A stretch of 64,000 bases of DNA from the human T2T-CHM13v2.0 reference genome, Homo sapiens. A model generated the notes under the pieces. The model was not told the DNA's origin. It did no database searches and was given only the letters and a program-made list of their open reading frames with translations. This document shows positions 31,501-46,714 of the stretch, piece after piece. Location: assembly GCF_009914755.1 (NCBI RefSeq), contig NC_060937.1, one strand, 5' to 3'. Position 1 is the first letter of the stretch; each line of letters begins with the position of its first letter. Position numbers and translations under genes: made by a program.

Positions 31501-34500
31501 AAATTACACCAGATAAATATTCTATAGTGTACATAAAATATCAAAATACCCAAACTATTGATTATATACTGTACATAAAATATGAAATTACATCAAATAT
31601 ATATTATATTAGGTACATAAAATATGAAAGTACATCAAATATAGATTATATACTGTACATGAAATACCAAAGTACCCCAAATATATATTTTATACGGTAA
31701 ATGAAATATCAAAGTTCACAAACTATATATTATATACTGTATATAAAATATCAAAGTACCCAAGGTATATATTCTATACTGTACAAAAAATATCAAAGTA
31801 CCCAAAGCATGTATTATATACTGTACATAAAATATGAAAGTACATCAAATATATATTTTATTCTGTACAGAAAATATCAAAGTACACCAGATATATATTC
31901 TATAGTGTACATAAAATATCAAAGTACCCAAACTATACATTATATACTGTACATAAAATATGAAATTACATCAAATTTATATTAGGTACATAAAATATGA
32001 AAGTACATCAAATATAGATTATATACTGTACATAAAATATCAAAGTACCCCAAATATATATTATATACTCTACATGAAAAATCAAAGTTCACAAACTATA
32101 TATTATATACTGTACATAAAATATCCAAGTACCCAAGGTATATATTCTATACTGTACAAAAAATATCAACGTACCCAAAGCATGTATTATATACTCTATA
32201 TAAAATATGAAAGTACATCACATATATATTTTATTCTGTACATAAAATATCAAAGTACACCAGATATATATTCTATAGTGTACATAAAATAACAAAGTAC
32301 ACAAACTATAAATTATATGCTGTACATAAAATATGAAATTACATCAAATATATATTAGGTACATAAAATATGAAAGTACATCAAATATAGATTATATACT
32401 GTACATAAAATATCAATGTACCCCAAATATATATTTTATACTCTACATGAAATATCAAAGTTCACAAACCATATATTATATACTGTACATAAAATATTAA
32501 AGTACCCAAGGTATATATTCTATACTGTACAAAAAATATCAAAGTACCCAAAGCATGTATTATATACTGTACATAAAATATGAAAGTACATCAAATATAT
32601 ATTTTATTCTGTACATAAAATATCAAAGTACACCAGATATATATTCTATAGTGTACATAAAATATCAAAGTACCCAAACTATACATTATATACTGTACAT
32701 AAAATATGAAATTACATCAAATATATATTATATTAGGTACATAAAATATGAAAGTACATCAAATATAGATTATATACTGTACATAAAATACCAAAGTACC
32801 CCAAATATATATTTTATACTGTACATCAAATATCAAAGTTCACAAACTATATATTATATACTGTACATAAAATATCAAAGTACCCATGGTATATATTCTA
32901 CACTGTACAAAAAATATCAAAGTACCCAAAGCATGTATTATATACTGTATATAAAATATGAAAGTACATCACATATATATTTTATTCTGTACATAAAATA
33001 TCAAAGTACACCAGATATATATTCTATAGTGTACATAAAATAACAAAGTTCAAAAACTATAAATTATATGCTGTACATAAAATATGATATTACATCAAAT
33101 ATATATTAGGTACATAAAATATGAAAGTACATCAAATATAGATTATATACTGTACATAAAATATCAATGTACCCCAAATATATATTTTATACTCTACATG
33201 AAATATGAAAGTTCACAAACCATATATTATATACTGTACATAGAATATCAAAGTACCCAAGGTATATATTCTATACTGTACAAAAAATATCAAAGTACAC
33301 AAAGCATGTATTATATATTTACATGAAATATGAAACTACATCAAATATATATTTTATTCTGTACATAAAATATGAAAGTACACCAGATATATATTCTATA
33401 GTGTACATAAAATATCAACGTACCCAAACTATACATTATATACTGTACATAAAATATGAAATTACATCAAATATATATTATATTAGGTACATAAAATATG
33501 AAAGCACATCAAATATAGATTATATACTGTACTTTAAATACCAAAGTACCCCAAATATATATTTTATACTGTACATCAAATATCAAAGTTCACAAACTAT
33601 ATATTATATACTGTACATAAAATATCAAAGTACCAATGGTATATATTCTATACTGTACAAAAAATATCAAAGTACCCAAAGCATGTATTATATACTGTAC
33701 ATAAAATATGAAAGTACATCAAATATATATTTTATTCTGTACATAAAATATCAAAGTACACCAGATATATATTCTATAGTGTACATAAAATATCAAAGTA
33801 CCCAAACTATACATTATATACTGTACATAAAATATGAAATTACATCAAATATATATTATATTAGGTACATAAAATATGAAAGCACATCAAATATAGATTA
33901 TATACTGTACATTAAATACCAAAGTACCCCAAATATATATTTTATACTGTACATCAAATATCAAAGTTCACAAACTATATATTATATACTGTACATAAAA
34001 TATCAAAGTACCCATGGTATATATTCTACACTGTACAAAAAATATCAAAGTACCCAAAGCATGTATTATATACTGTATATAAAATATGAAAGTACATCAC
34101 ATATATATTTTATTCTGTACATAAAATATCAAAGTACACCAGATATATATTCTATAGTGTACATAAAATAACAAAGTACAAAAACTATAAATTATATGCT
34201 GTACATAAAATATGAAATTACCTCAAATATATATTAGGTACATAAAATATGAAAGTACATCAAATATAGATTATATACTGTACATAAAATATCAATGTAC
34301 CCCAAATATATATTTTATACTCTACATGAAATATCAAAGTTCACAAACCATATATTATATACTGTACATAAAATATCAAAGTACCCAAGGTATATATTCT
34401 ATACTGTACAAAAAATATCAAAGTACCCAAAGCATGTATTATATACTGTACATAAAATATGAAACTACATCAAATATATATTTTATTCTGTACATAAAAT

Positions 34501-37500
34501 ATCAAAGTACACCAGATATATATTCTATAGTGTACATAAAATATCAACGTACCCAAACTATACTTTATATACTGTACATAAAATATGAAATTACATCAAA
34601 TATATATTATATTAGGTACATAAAATATGAAAGCACATCAAATATAGATTATATACTGTACTTTAAATACCAAAATACCCCAAATATATATTTTATACTG
34701 TACATCAAATATCAAAGTTCACAAACTATATATTATATACTGTACATAAAATATCAAAGTACCCATGGTATATATTCTATACTGTACAAAAAATATCAAA
34801 GTACCCAAAGCATGTATTATATACTGTACATAAAATATGAAAGTACATCAAATATATATTTTATTCTGTACATAAAATATCAAAGTACACCAGATATATA
34901 TTCTATAGTGTACATAAAATATAAAAGTACCCAAACTATACATTATATACTGTACATAAAATATGAAATTACATCAAATATATATTAGGTACATAAAATA
35001 TGAAAGTACATCAAATATAGATTATATACTGTACATAAAATATCAAAGTACCCCAAATATATATTATATACTCTACATGAAATATCAAAGTTCACAACTA
35101 TATATTATATACTGTACATAAAATATCAAACTACCCAAGGTATATATTCTATACTGTACAAAAAATATCAAAGTACCCAAAGCATGTATTATATACTGTA
35201 TATAAAATATGAAAGTACATTAAATATATATTTTATTCTGTACATAAAATATCAAAGTACACCAGATATATATTCTATAGTGTACATAAAATAACAAAGT
35301 ACACAAACTATAAATTATATACTGTACATAAAATATGAAATTACATCAAATATATATTAGGTACATAAAATATGAAAGTACATCAAATATAGATTATATA
35401 CTGTACATATAATATCAATGTACCCCAAATATATATTTTATACTCTACATGAAATATCAAAGTTCACAAACCATACATTATATACTGCACATAAAATATC
35501 AAAGTACCCAAGGTATATATTCTATACTGTACAAAAAATATCAAAGTACCCAAAGCATGTATTTTATACTGTACATAAAATATGAAAGTACATCAAATAT
35601 ATATTTTATTCTGTACATAAAATATCAAAGTACACCAGATATATATTCTATAGTGTACATAAAATATCAAAGTACCCAAACTATACATTATATACTGTAC
35701 ATAAAATATGAAATTACATCAAATATATATTAGGTACATAAAATATGAAAGTACATCAAATATAGATTATATACTGTACATAAAATATCAATGTACCCCA
35801 AATATATATTTTATACTCTACATGAAATATCAAAGTTCACAAACCATATATTATATAATGTACATAAAATATCAAAGTTCCCAAGGTATATATTCTATAC
35901 TGTACAAAAAATATCAAATTACCCAAAGCATTTATTATATACTGTACATAAAATATGAAAGTACATCAAATATATATTTTATTCTGTACATAAAATATCA
36001 AAGTACACCAGATATATATTCTATAGTGTACATAAAATATCAAAGTACCCAAACTATACATTATACACTGTACATAAAATATGAAATTACATCAAATATA
36101 TATTATATTAGGTACATAAAATATGAAAGTACATCAAATATAGATTATATACTGTACATAAAATACCAAAGTACCCCAAATATATATTTTATACTGTACA
36201 TGAAATATCAAAGTTCACACACTATATATTATATACTGTACATAAATTATCAAAGTACCCAAGGTATATATTCTATACTGTACAAAAAATATCAAAGTAC
36301 CCAAAGCATGTATTATATATTGTACATAAAATATGAAAGTACATCAAATATATATTTTATTCTGTACATAAAATATCAAAGTACACCAGATATATATTCT
36401 ATAGTGTACATAAAATATCAAAGTACCCAAACTATACATTATATACTGTACATAAAATATGAAATTACATCAAATATATATTATATTAGGTACCTAAAAT
36501 ATGAAAGTACATCAAATATAGATTATATACTGTACATAAAATATCAAATTACCCCAAATATATATTATATACTCTACATGAAATATCAAAGTTCACAAAC
36601 TATATATTATATACTGTACATAAAATATCAAAGTACCCAAGGTATATATTCTATACTGTACAAAAAATATCAAAGTATCCAAAGCATGTATTATATACTG
36701 TATATAAAATATGAAAGTACATTAAATATATATTTTATTCTGTACATAAAATATCAAAGTACACCAGATATATATTCTATAGTGTACATAAAATAACAAA
36801 GTACGCAAACTATAAATTATATACTGTACATAAAATATGAAATTACATCAAATATATATTAGGTACATAAAATATGAAAGTACATCAAATATATATTATA
36901 TTCTGTACATATAATATCAATGTACCCCAAATATATATTTTATACTCTACATGAAATATCAAAGTTCACAAACCATACATTATATACTGTACATAAAATA
37001 TCAAAGTACCCAAGGTATATATTCTATACTGTACAAAAAATATCAAAGTACCCAAAGCATGTATTAAATACTGTACATAAAATATGAAAGTACATCAAAT
37101 AAATATTTTATTCTGTACATAAAATATCAAAGTACACCAGATATATATTCTATAGTGTACATAAAATATAAAAGTACCCAAACTATACATTATATACTGT
37201 ACATAAAATATGAAATTACATCAAATATATATTATATTAGGTACATAAAATATGAAAGTACATCAAATATAGATTATACACTGTACATAAAATATCAAAG
37301 TACCCCAAATATATATTATATACTGTACATGAAATATCAAAGTTCACAAACTATATATTATATACTGTACATAAAATATCAAAGTACCCAAGGTATATAT
37401 TCTATACTGTACAAAAAATATGAAAGTACCCAAAGCATGTATTATATACTGTATATAAAATATGAAAGTACATTAAATATATATTTTATTCTGTACATAA

Positions 37501-40160
37501 AATATCAAAGTACACCAGATATATATTCTATAGTGTACATAAAATAACAAAGTACGCAAACTATAAATTATATACTGTACATAAAATATGAAATTACATC
37601 AAATATATATTAGGTACATAAAATATGAAAGTACATCAAATATAGATTATATACTGTACATAAAATATCAATGTACCCCAAGTATATATTTTATACTCTA
37701 CATGAAATATCAAAGTTCACAAACCATATATTATATACTGTACATAAAATATCAAAGTACCCAAGGTATATATTCTATACTGTACAAAAAATATCAAAGT
37801 ACCCAAAGCATGTATTATATACTGTACATAAAATATGAAAGTACATCAAATAAATATTATATTCTGTACATAAAATATCAAAGTACACCAGATATATATT
37901 CTATAGTGTACATAAAATATCAAAGTACCCAAACTATTGATTATATACTGTACATAAAATATGAAATTACATTAAATATATATTATATTAGGTACATAAA
38001 ATATGAAAGTACATCAAATATAGATTATATACTGTACATGAAATACCAAAGTACCCCAAATATATATTTTATACGGTACATGAAATATCAAAGTTCACAA
38101 ACTATATATTATATACTGTATATAAAATATCAAAGTACCCAAGTTATATATTCCATACTGTACAAAAAATATCAAAGTACCCAAAGCATGTATTATATAC
38201 TGTACATAAAATATGCAAGTACATCAAATATATATTTTATTCTGTACAGAAAATATCAAAGTACACCAGATATATATTCTATAGTGTACATAAAATATCA
38301 AAGTACCCAAACTATACATTATATACTGTACATAAAATATGAAATTACATCAAATTTATATTAGGTACATAAAATATGAAAGTACATCAAATATAGATTA
38401 TATACTGTACATAAAATATCAAAGTACCCCAAATATATATTATATACTCTACATGAAATATCAAAGTTCACAAACTATATATTATATACTGTACATAAAA
38501 TATCAAAGTACCCAAGGTATATATTCTATACTGTACAAAAAATATCAACGTACCCAAAGCATGTATTATATACTCTATATAAAATATGAAAGTACATCAC
38601 ATATATATTTTATTCTGTACATAAAATATCAAAGTACACCAGATATATATTCTATAGTGTACATAAAATAACAAAGTACAAAAACTATAAATTATATGCT
38701 GTACATAAAATATGAAATTACATCAAATATATATTAGGTACATAAAATATGAAAGTACATCAAATATAGATTATATACTGTACATAAAATATCAATGTAC
38801 CCCAAATATATATTTTATACTCTACATGAAATATCAAAGTTCACAAACCATATATTATATACTGTACATAAAATATTAAAGTACCCAAGGTATATATTCT
38901 ATACTGTACAAAAAATATCAAAGTACCCAAAGCATGTATTATATACTGTACATAAAATATGAAAGTACATCAAATATATATTTTATTCTGTACATAAAAT
39001 ATCAAAGTACACCAGATATATATTCTATAGTGTACATAAAATATCAAAGTACCCAAACTATACATTATATACTGTACATAAAATATGAAATTACATCAAA
39101 TATATATTATATTAGGTACATAAAATATGAAAGCACATCAAATATAGATTATATACTGTACATAAAATACCAAAGTACCCAAAATATATATTTTATACTG
39201 TACATCAAATATCAAAGTTCACAAACTATATATTATATACTGTACATAAAATATCAAAGTACCCATGGTATATATTCTACACTGTACAAAAAATATCAAA
39301 GTACCCAAAGCATGTATTATATACTGTATATAAAATATGAAAGTACATCACATATATATTTTATTCTGTACATAAAATATCAAAGTACACCAGATATATA
39401 TTCTATAGTGTACATAAAATAACAAAGTTCAAAAACTATAAATTATATGCTGTACATAAAATATGAAATTACATCAAATATATATTAGGTACATAAAATA
39501 TGAAAGTACATCAAATATAGATTATATACTGTACATAAAATATCAATGTACCCCAAATATATATTTTATACTCTACATGAAATATGAAAGTTCACAAACC
39601 ATATATTATATACTGTACATAAAATATCAAAGTACCCAAGGTATATATTCTATACTGTACAAAAAATATCAAAGTACACAAAGCATGTATTATATATTTA
39701 CATAAAATATGAAACTACATCAAATATATATTTTATTCTGTACATAAAATATGAAAGTACACCAGATATATATTCTATAGTGTACATAAAATATCAACGT
39801 ACCCAAACTATACATTATATACTGTACATAAAATATGAAATTACATCAAATATATATTATATTAGGTACATAAAATATGAAAGCACATTAAATATAGATT
39901 ATATACTGTACTTTAAATACCAAAGTACACCAAATATATATTTTATACTGTACATCAAATATCAAAGTTCACGAACTATATATTATATACTGTACATAAA
40001 ATATCAAAGTACCAATGGTATATATTCTATACTGTACAAAAAATATCAAAGTACCCAAAGCATGTATTATATACTGTACATAAAATATGAAAGTACATCA
40101 AATATATATTTTATTCTGTACATAAAATATCAAAGTACACCAGATATATATTCTATAGTG
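22560..40160 (+). repeat. Three-copy tandem macro-repeat, period 5628 bp (15 x 9-mer); third copy 751 bp longer (6379 bp)
   Basis: ORF starts 22956/28584/34212, 24193/29821/35449 and 24452/30080/35708 are spaced +5628. Starts 25581/31209/37588, 26332/31960/38339, 26927/32555/38934 and 27456/33084/39463 are spaced +5628 then +6379. Length check: 15x378 minus eight 5-bp and two 1-bp deletions = 5628. Confidence 0.9.
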
Positions 40161-43100
40161 TACATAAAATATCAACGTACCCAAACTATACATTATATAC
40201 TGTACATAAAATATGAAATTACATCAAATATATATTATATTAGGTACATAAAATATGAAAGTACATCAAATATAGATTATATACTGTACATAAAATATCA
40301 AAGTACCCCAAATATATATTATATACTCTACATGAAATATCAAAGTTCACAAACTATATATTATATACTGTACATAAAATATCAAAGTACCCAAGGTATA
40401 TATTCTATACTGTACAAAAAATATCAAAGTATCCAAAGCATGTATTATATACTGTATATAAAATATGAAAGTACATTAAATATATATTTTATTCTGTACA
40501 TAAAATATCAAAGTACACCAGATATATATTCTATAGTGTACATAAAATAACAAAGTACGCAAACTATAAATTATATACTGTACATAAAATATGAAATTAC
40601 ATCAAATATATATTAGGTACATAAAATATGAAAATACATCCAATATAGATTATATACTGTACATAAAATACCAAAGTACCCCAAATATATATTTTATACT
40701 GTACATGAAATATCAAATTCACAAGCTATATATTATATACTGTACATAAAATATCAAAGTACCCTAGGTATATATTCTATACTGTACAAAAAATATCAAA
40801 GTACCCAAAGCATGTATTATATACTGTACATAAAATATGAAATTACATCAAATATATATTTTATTCTGTACATAAAATATCAAAGTAAACCAAATATATA
40901 TTCTATACTGTATATAAAATATCAAAGTACCCATACTATACATTATATACTGTAAATAAAATATGAAATTACATCAAATATATATTATATTAGGTACATA
41001 AAATATGAAAGTACATCAAATATATATTATATACTGTACATAAAATACCAAAGTACCCCAAATATATATTTTATACTGTACATGAAATATCAAACTTCAG
41101 AAACTATATATTATATACTGTACATAAAATATCAAAGTACTGAAAGTATATATTCTATACTGTACAAAAAATATCAAAGTACCCAAAGCATGTATTATAT
41201 ACTGTACATGAAATATGAAAGTACATCAAATATATATTTTATTCTGTACATAAAATATCAAAGTACACCAAATATATATTCTTTACTGTACATAAAATAT
41301 CAAAGTACCCAAACTATACATTATATACTTTACATAAAATATGAAATTACATCAAATATATATTATATTAGGTACATAAAATATGAAAGTACATCAAATA
41401 TAGATTATATACTGTACATAAAATACCAAAGTACCCCAAATATATATTTTATACTGTACATGAAATATCAAAGTTCACAAACTATATATTATATACTGTA
41501 CATAAAATATCAAAGTACTCAAGGTATATATTCTATACTGTACAAAAAATATCAAAGTACCCAAAGCATGTATTATATACTGTACATAAAATATGAAAGT
41601 ACATGAAATATATATTTTATTGTGTACAAAAAATATCAAAGTACACCAAATATATATTCTATACTGTACATGAAATATCAAAGTACCCAAACTATACATT
41701 ATATACTGTACATAAAATATGAAATTACATCAAATATATATTAGTTACATAAAAAATGAAAGTAGATCAAATATAGATTATATCCTGTACATAAAATACC
41801 AAAGTACCCCAAATAAATATTTTATACTGTACATGAAATATCAAAGTTCACAAACTATATATTATATACTGCACATAAAATATCAAATCACCCAAGGTAT
41901 ATATTCTATACTGTACAAAAAATATCAAAGTACCCAAACCATGTATTATATAAGGTACATAAAACATGAAAGTACATCAAAAATAGATTATATACTGTAC
42001 ATAAAATACCAAAGTACCCCAAATATATATTTTATATTGTACATGAAATATCAAAGTTCTCAAACTATATATTATATACTGTACATAAAATATCAAAGTA
42101 CCCAAAGTATCTATTCTATACTGTACAAAAAATATCAAACTACCCAAAGCATGTATTATATACTGTACATAAAATATGAAAGTACATCAAATATATATTT
42201 TATTCTGTACATAAAATATCAAAGTACACCAAATATATGTTCTATACTGTACATAAAATATCAAAGTACCCATACTATACATTATATACTGTACATAAAA
42301 TATGAAATTACATCAAATATATATTATATTAGGTACAGAAAATATGAAAATGCATCAAATATAGATTATATACTGTACATAAAATACCAAAGTACCCCAA
42401 ATATATATTTTATACTGTACATGAAATATCAAAGTTCACAAACTATATATTATATACTGCACATAAATTATCAAATCACCCAAGGTATATATTCTATACT
42501 GTACAAAAAATATCAAAGTACCCAAAGCATGTATTATATACTGTACATAAAATATGAAAGTACATCAAATATATATTTTATTTTGTACATAAAATATTAA
42601 AGTACACCAAATATATATTCTATAGTGTATATAAAATATCAAAGTACCCAAACTATACATTATATACTGTACATAAAATATGAAATTACATCAAATATAT
42701 ATTATATTAGGTACATAAAATATGAAAGTACATCAAATATAGATTATATACTGTACATAAAATACCAAAGTACCCCAAATATATATATTATATTGTACAT
42801 GAAATATCAAAGTTCACAAACTATATATTATATACTGTACATAAAATATCAAAGTACCCAAGGTATATATTCTATACTGTACAAAAAATATCAAAGTACC
42901 CAAAGCATGTATTATATACTGTACATAAAACATGAAAGTACATGAAATATATATTTTATTGTGTACAAAAAATATCAAAGTACACCAAATATATATTCTA
43001 TACTGTACATAAAATATCAAAGTACCCAAACTATACATTATATACTGTACATAAAATATGAAATTACATCAAATATATATTATATTAGGTACATAAAATA

Positions 43101-44899
43101 TGAAAGTACATCAAATATAGATTATATACTCTACATAAAATATCAAAGTACCCCAAATATATATAATATACTGTACATGAAATATCAAAGTTCACAAACT
43201 ATATATTATATACTGTACATAAAATATGAATGTACCCAAGGTATATATTCTATACTATACAAAAAGTATCAAAGTACCCAAATCATGTATTATATACTGT
43301 ACATAAAATATGAAAGTGCATCAAATATATATTTTATTCTGTACATAAAATATCAAAGTACACCAAATATATATTCTATACTGTACATAAAATATCAAAG
43401 TACCCAAACTATACATTATATACAGTACATAAAATATGAAATTACATCAAACATATATTAGTTACATAAAATATGAAAGTACATCAAATATAGATTATAT
43501 CCTGTACATAAAATACCAAAGTTCCCCAAATAAATATTTTATACTGTACATGAAATATCAAAGTTCACAAACTATATATTATATAATGCACATAAATTAT
43601 CAAATCACCCAAGGTATATATTCTATACTGTACAAAAAATATCAAAGTACCCAAAGCATGTATTATATACTGTACATAAAATATGAAAGTACATCAAATA
43701 TATATTTTATTCTGTACATAAAATATCAAAGTACACCAAATATATATTCTATAGTGTACATAAAATATCAAAGTACCCAAACTATACATTATATACTGTA
43801 CATAAAATATGAAATTACATCAAATATATATTATATTAGGTACATAAAATATGAAAGTACATCAAATATAGATTATATACTGTACATAAAATACCAAAGT
43901 ACCCCAAATATAGTTTATACTGTACATGAAATATCAATGTTCACAAACTATATATTATATACTGTACATAAAATATCAAAGTAGTCAAGGTATATATTCT
44001 ATACTGTACAAAAAATATCAAAGTACCCAAAGTATGTATTATATACTGTACATAAAATATGAAAGTACATGAAATATATATTTTATTGTGTACAAACAAT
44101 ATCAAAGTACACCAAATATATATTCTATACTGTACATAAAATATCAAAGTACCCAAACTATACATTATATACTGTACATATAATATGAAATTACATCAAA
44201 TATATATTAGTTACATAAAATATGAAAGTACATCAAATATAGATTATATACTGTACATAAAATACCAAAGTACCCCAAATATATATATTATATTGTACAT
44301 GAAATATCAAAGTTCACAAACTATATATTATATACTGTACATAAAATATCAAAGTACCCAAAGTATATATTCTATACTGTACAAAAAATATCAAAGTACC
44401 CAAAGCATGTATTATATACTGTACATAAAATATGAAAGTACATCAAATATATATTTTATTCTGTACATAAAATATCAAAGTACACCAAATATATATTCTA
44501 TACTGTACATAAAATATCAAAGTACCCAAACTATACATTATATACTGTACATAAAATATGAAATTTCATCAAATATATATTATGTTATGTACAGAAAATA
44601 TGAAAATACATCAAATATAGATTATATACTGTACATAAAATACCAAAGTACCCCAAATATGTATTTTATACTGTACAAGAAATATCAAAGTTCACAAACT
44701 ATATATTATATACTGTACAAAAAATATCAAAGTACTCAAGTTATATATTCTATACTGTACAAAAAATATCAAAGTACCCAAAGCATGTATTATATACTGT
44801 ACATAAAATATGAAAGTACATGAAATATATATTTTATTCTGTACATAAAATATCAAAGTACACCAAATATATATTCTATAGTGTACATAAAATATCAAA

Positions 44900-46700
44900 G
44901 TACCCAAACTATACCTTATATACTGTACATAAAATATGAAATTACATCAAATATATATTATATTAGGTACATAAAATATGAAAGTACATCAAATATAGAT
45001 TATATACTGTACATAAAATACCAAAGTACCCCAAATATATATTTTATACTGTACATGAAATATCAAAGTTCACAAACTATATATTATATACTGTACATAA
45101 AATATCAAAGTACCCAAGGTATATATTGTATACTGTACAAAAAATATCAAAGTACCCAAACATGTATTATATACTGTACATGAAATATGAAAGTACATCA
45201 AATATATATTTTATTCTGTACATAAAATATCAAAGTACACCAAATATATATTCAATAGTGTACATAAAATATCAAAGTACCCAAACTATACCTTATATAC
45301 TGTACATAAAATATGAAATTACATCAAATATATATTATATTAGGTAAAGAAAATATGAAAGTACATCAAATATAGATTATATACTGTATATAAAATATCA
45401 AAGTACCCAAGGTATATATTCTATACTGTACATGAAATATCAAAGTTCACAAACTATATATTATATACTGTACATAAAATATCAAAGTACCCAAGGTATA
45501 TATTCTATACTGTACAAAAAATATCAAAGTACCCAAACATGTATTATATACTGTACATGAAATATGAAAGTACATCAAATATATATTTTATTCTGTACAT
45601 AAAATATCAAAGTACACCAAATATATATTATATAGTGTACATAAAATATCAAAGTACCCAAACTATACCTTATATACTGTACATAAAATATGAAATTACA
45701 TCAAATATATATTATATTAGGTACATAAAATATGAAAGTACATCAAATATAGATTATATACTGTACATAAAATACCAAAGTATCCCAAATATATATTTTA
45801 TACTGTACATGAAATATCAAAGTTCACAAACTATATATTATATACTGTACATAAAATATCAAAGTACCCAAGGTATATATTCTATACAGTACAAAAAATA
45901 TCAAAGTACCCAAACATGTATTATATACTGTACATGAAATATGAAAGTACATCAAATATATATTTTATTCTGTACATAAAATATCAAAGTACACCAAATA
46001 TATATTCTATAGTGTACATAAAATATCAAAGTACCCAAACTATACATTATATACTGTACATAAAATATGAAATTACATCAAATATATATTATATTAGGTA
46101 CATAAAATATGAAAGTACATCAAATATAGATTATATACTGTACATAAAATACCAAAGTACCCCAAATATATATTTTATACTGTACATGAAATATCAAAGT
46201 TCACAAACTATATATTATATACTGTACATAACATATAAAAGTACCCAAGGTATATATTCTATACTGTACAAAAAATATCAAAGTACCCAAACATGTATTA
46301 TATACTGTACATGAAATATGAAAGTACATCAAATATATATTTTATTCTGTATATAAAATATCAAAGTACACCAAATATATATTCTATAGTGTACATAAAA
46401 TATCAAAGTACACAAACTATACCTTATATACTCTACATAAAATATGAAATTACATCAAATATATATTATATTAGGTACATAAAATATGAAAGTACATCAA
46501 ATATAGATTATATACTGTACATAAAATACCAAAGTACCCCAAATATATATTTTATACTGTACATGAAATATCAAAGTTCACAAACTATATATTATATACT
46601 GTACATAAAATATCAAAGTACCCAAGGTATATATTCTATACTGTACAAAAAATATCAAAGTACCCAAACATGTATTATATACTGTACATAAAATATGAAA
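44900..46700 (+). repeat. Run of five consecutive units carrying a 1-bp deletion (377-bp period)
   Basis: CCCAAAGCATG becomes CCCAAACATG at ~45155, ~45532, ~45909, ~46286 and ~46663. ORF starts 45539, 45916, 46293 and 46670 are exactly 377 bp apart. The linked ATACCTTATA variant is at ~44911, 45288, 45665 and 46419. Confidence 0.9.
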
Positions 46701-46714
46701 GTACATCAAATATA

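Larger units (their letters stand above)
1..40620 (+). repeat. Left sub-array (domain A): mixed 378/373-bp units with CCAGAT and AAATAACAA diagnostic variants
   Basis: Monomer 9 usually reads ACACCAGATATA. A 5-bp deletion (ATATATATTATATTAGG to ATATATATTAGG) is frequent and usually linked to AAAATAACAAAG, CAATGTACCCC and CTCTACATG. ORF start spacings of 373 and 751 bp (2170, 2543, 3294, 3667) agree. The last CCAGAT is at ~40518 and the last AAATAACAA at ~40545. Confidence 0.88.

Noticed and set aside
41475-44907. Four short minus-strand ORFs (71-74 aa)
   Set aside because: They arise where local variants remove a reverse-strand stop, and they are copies of the same satellite sequence.
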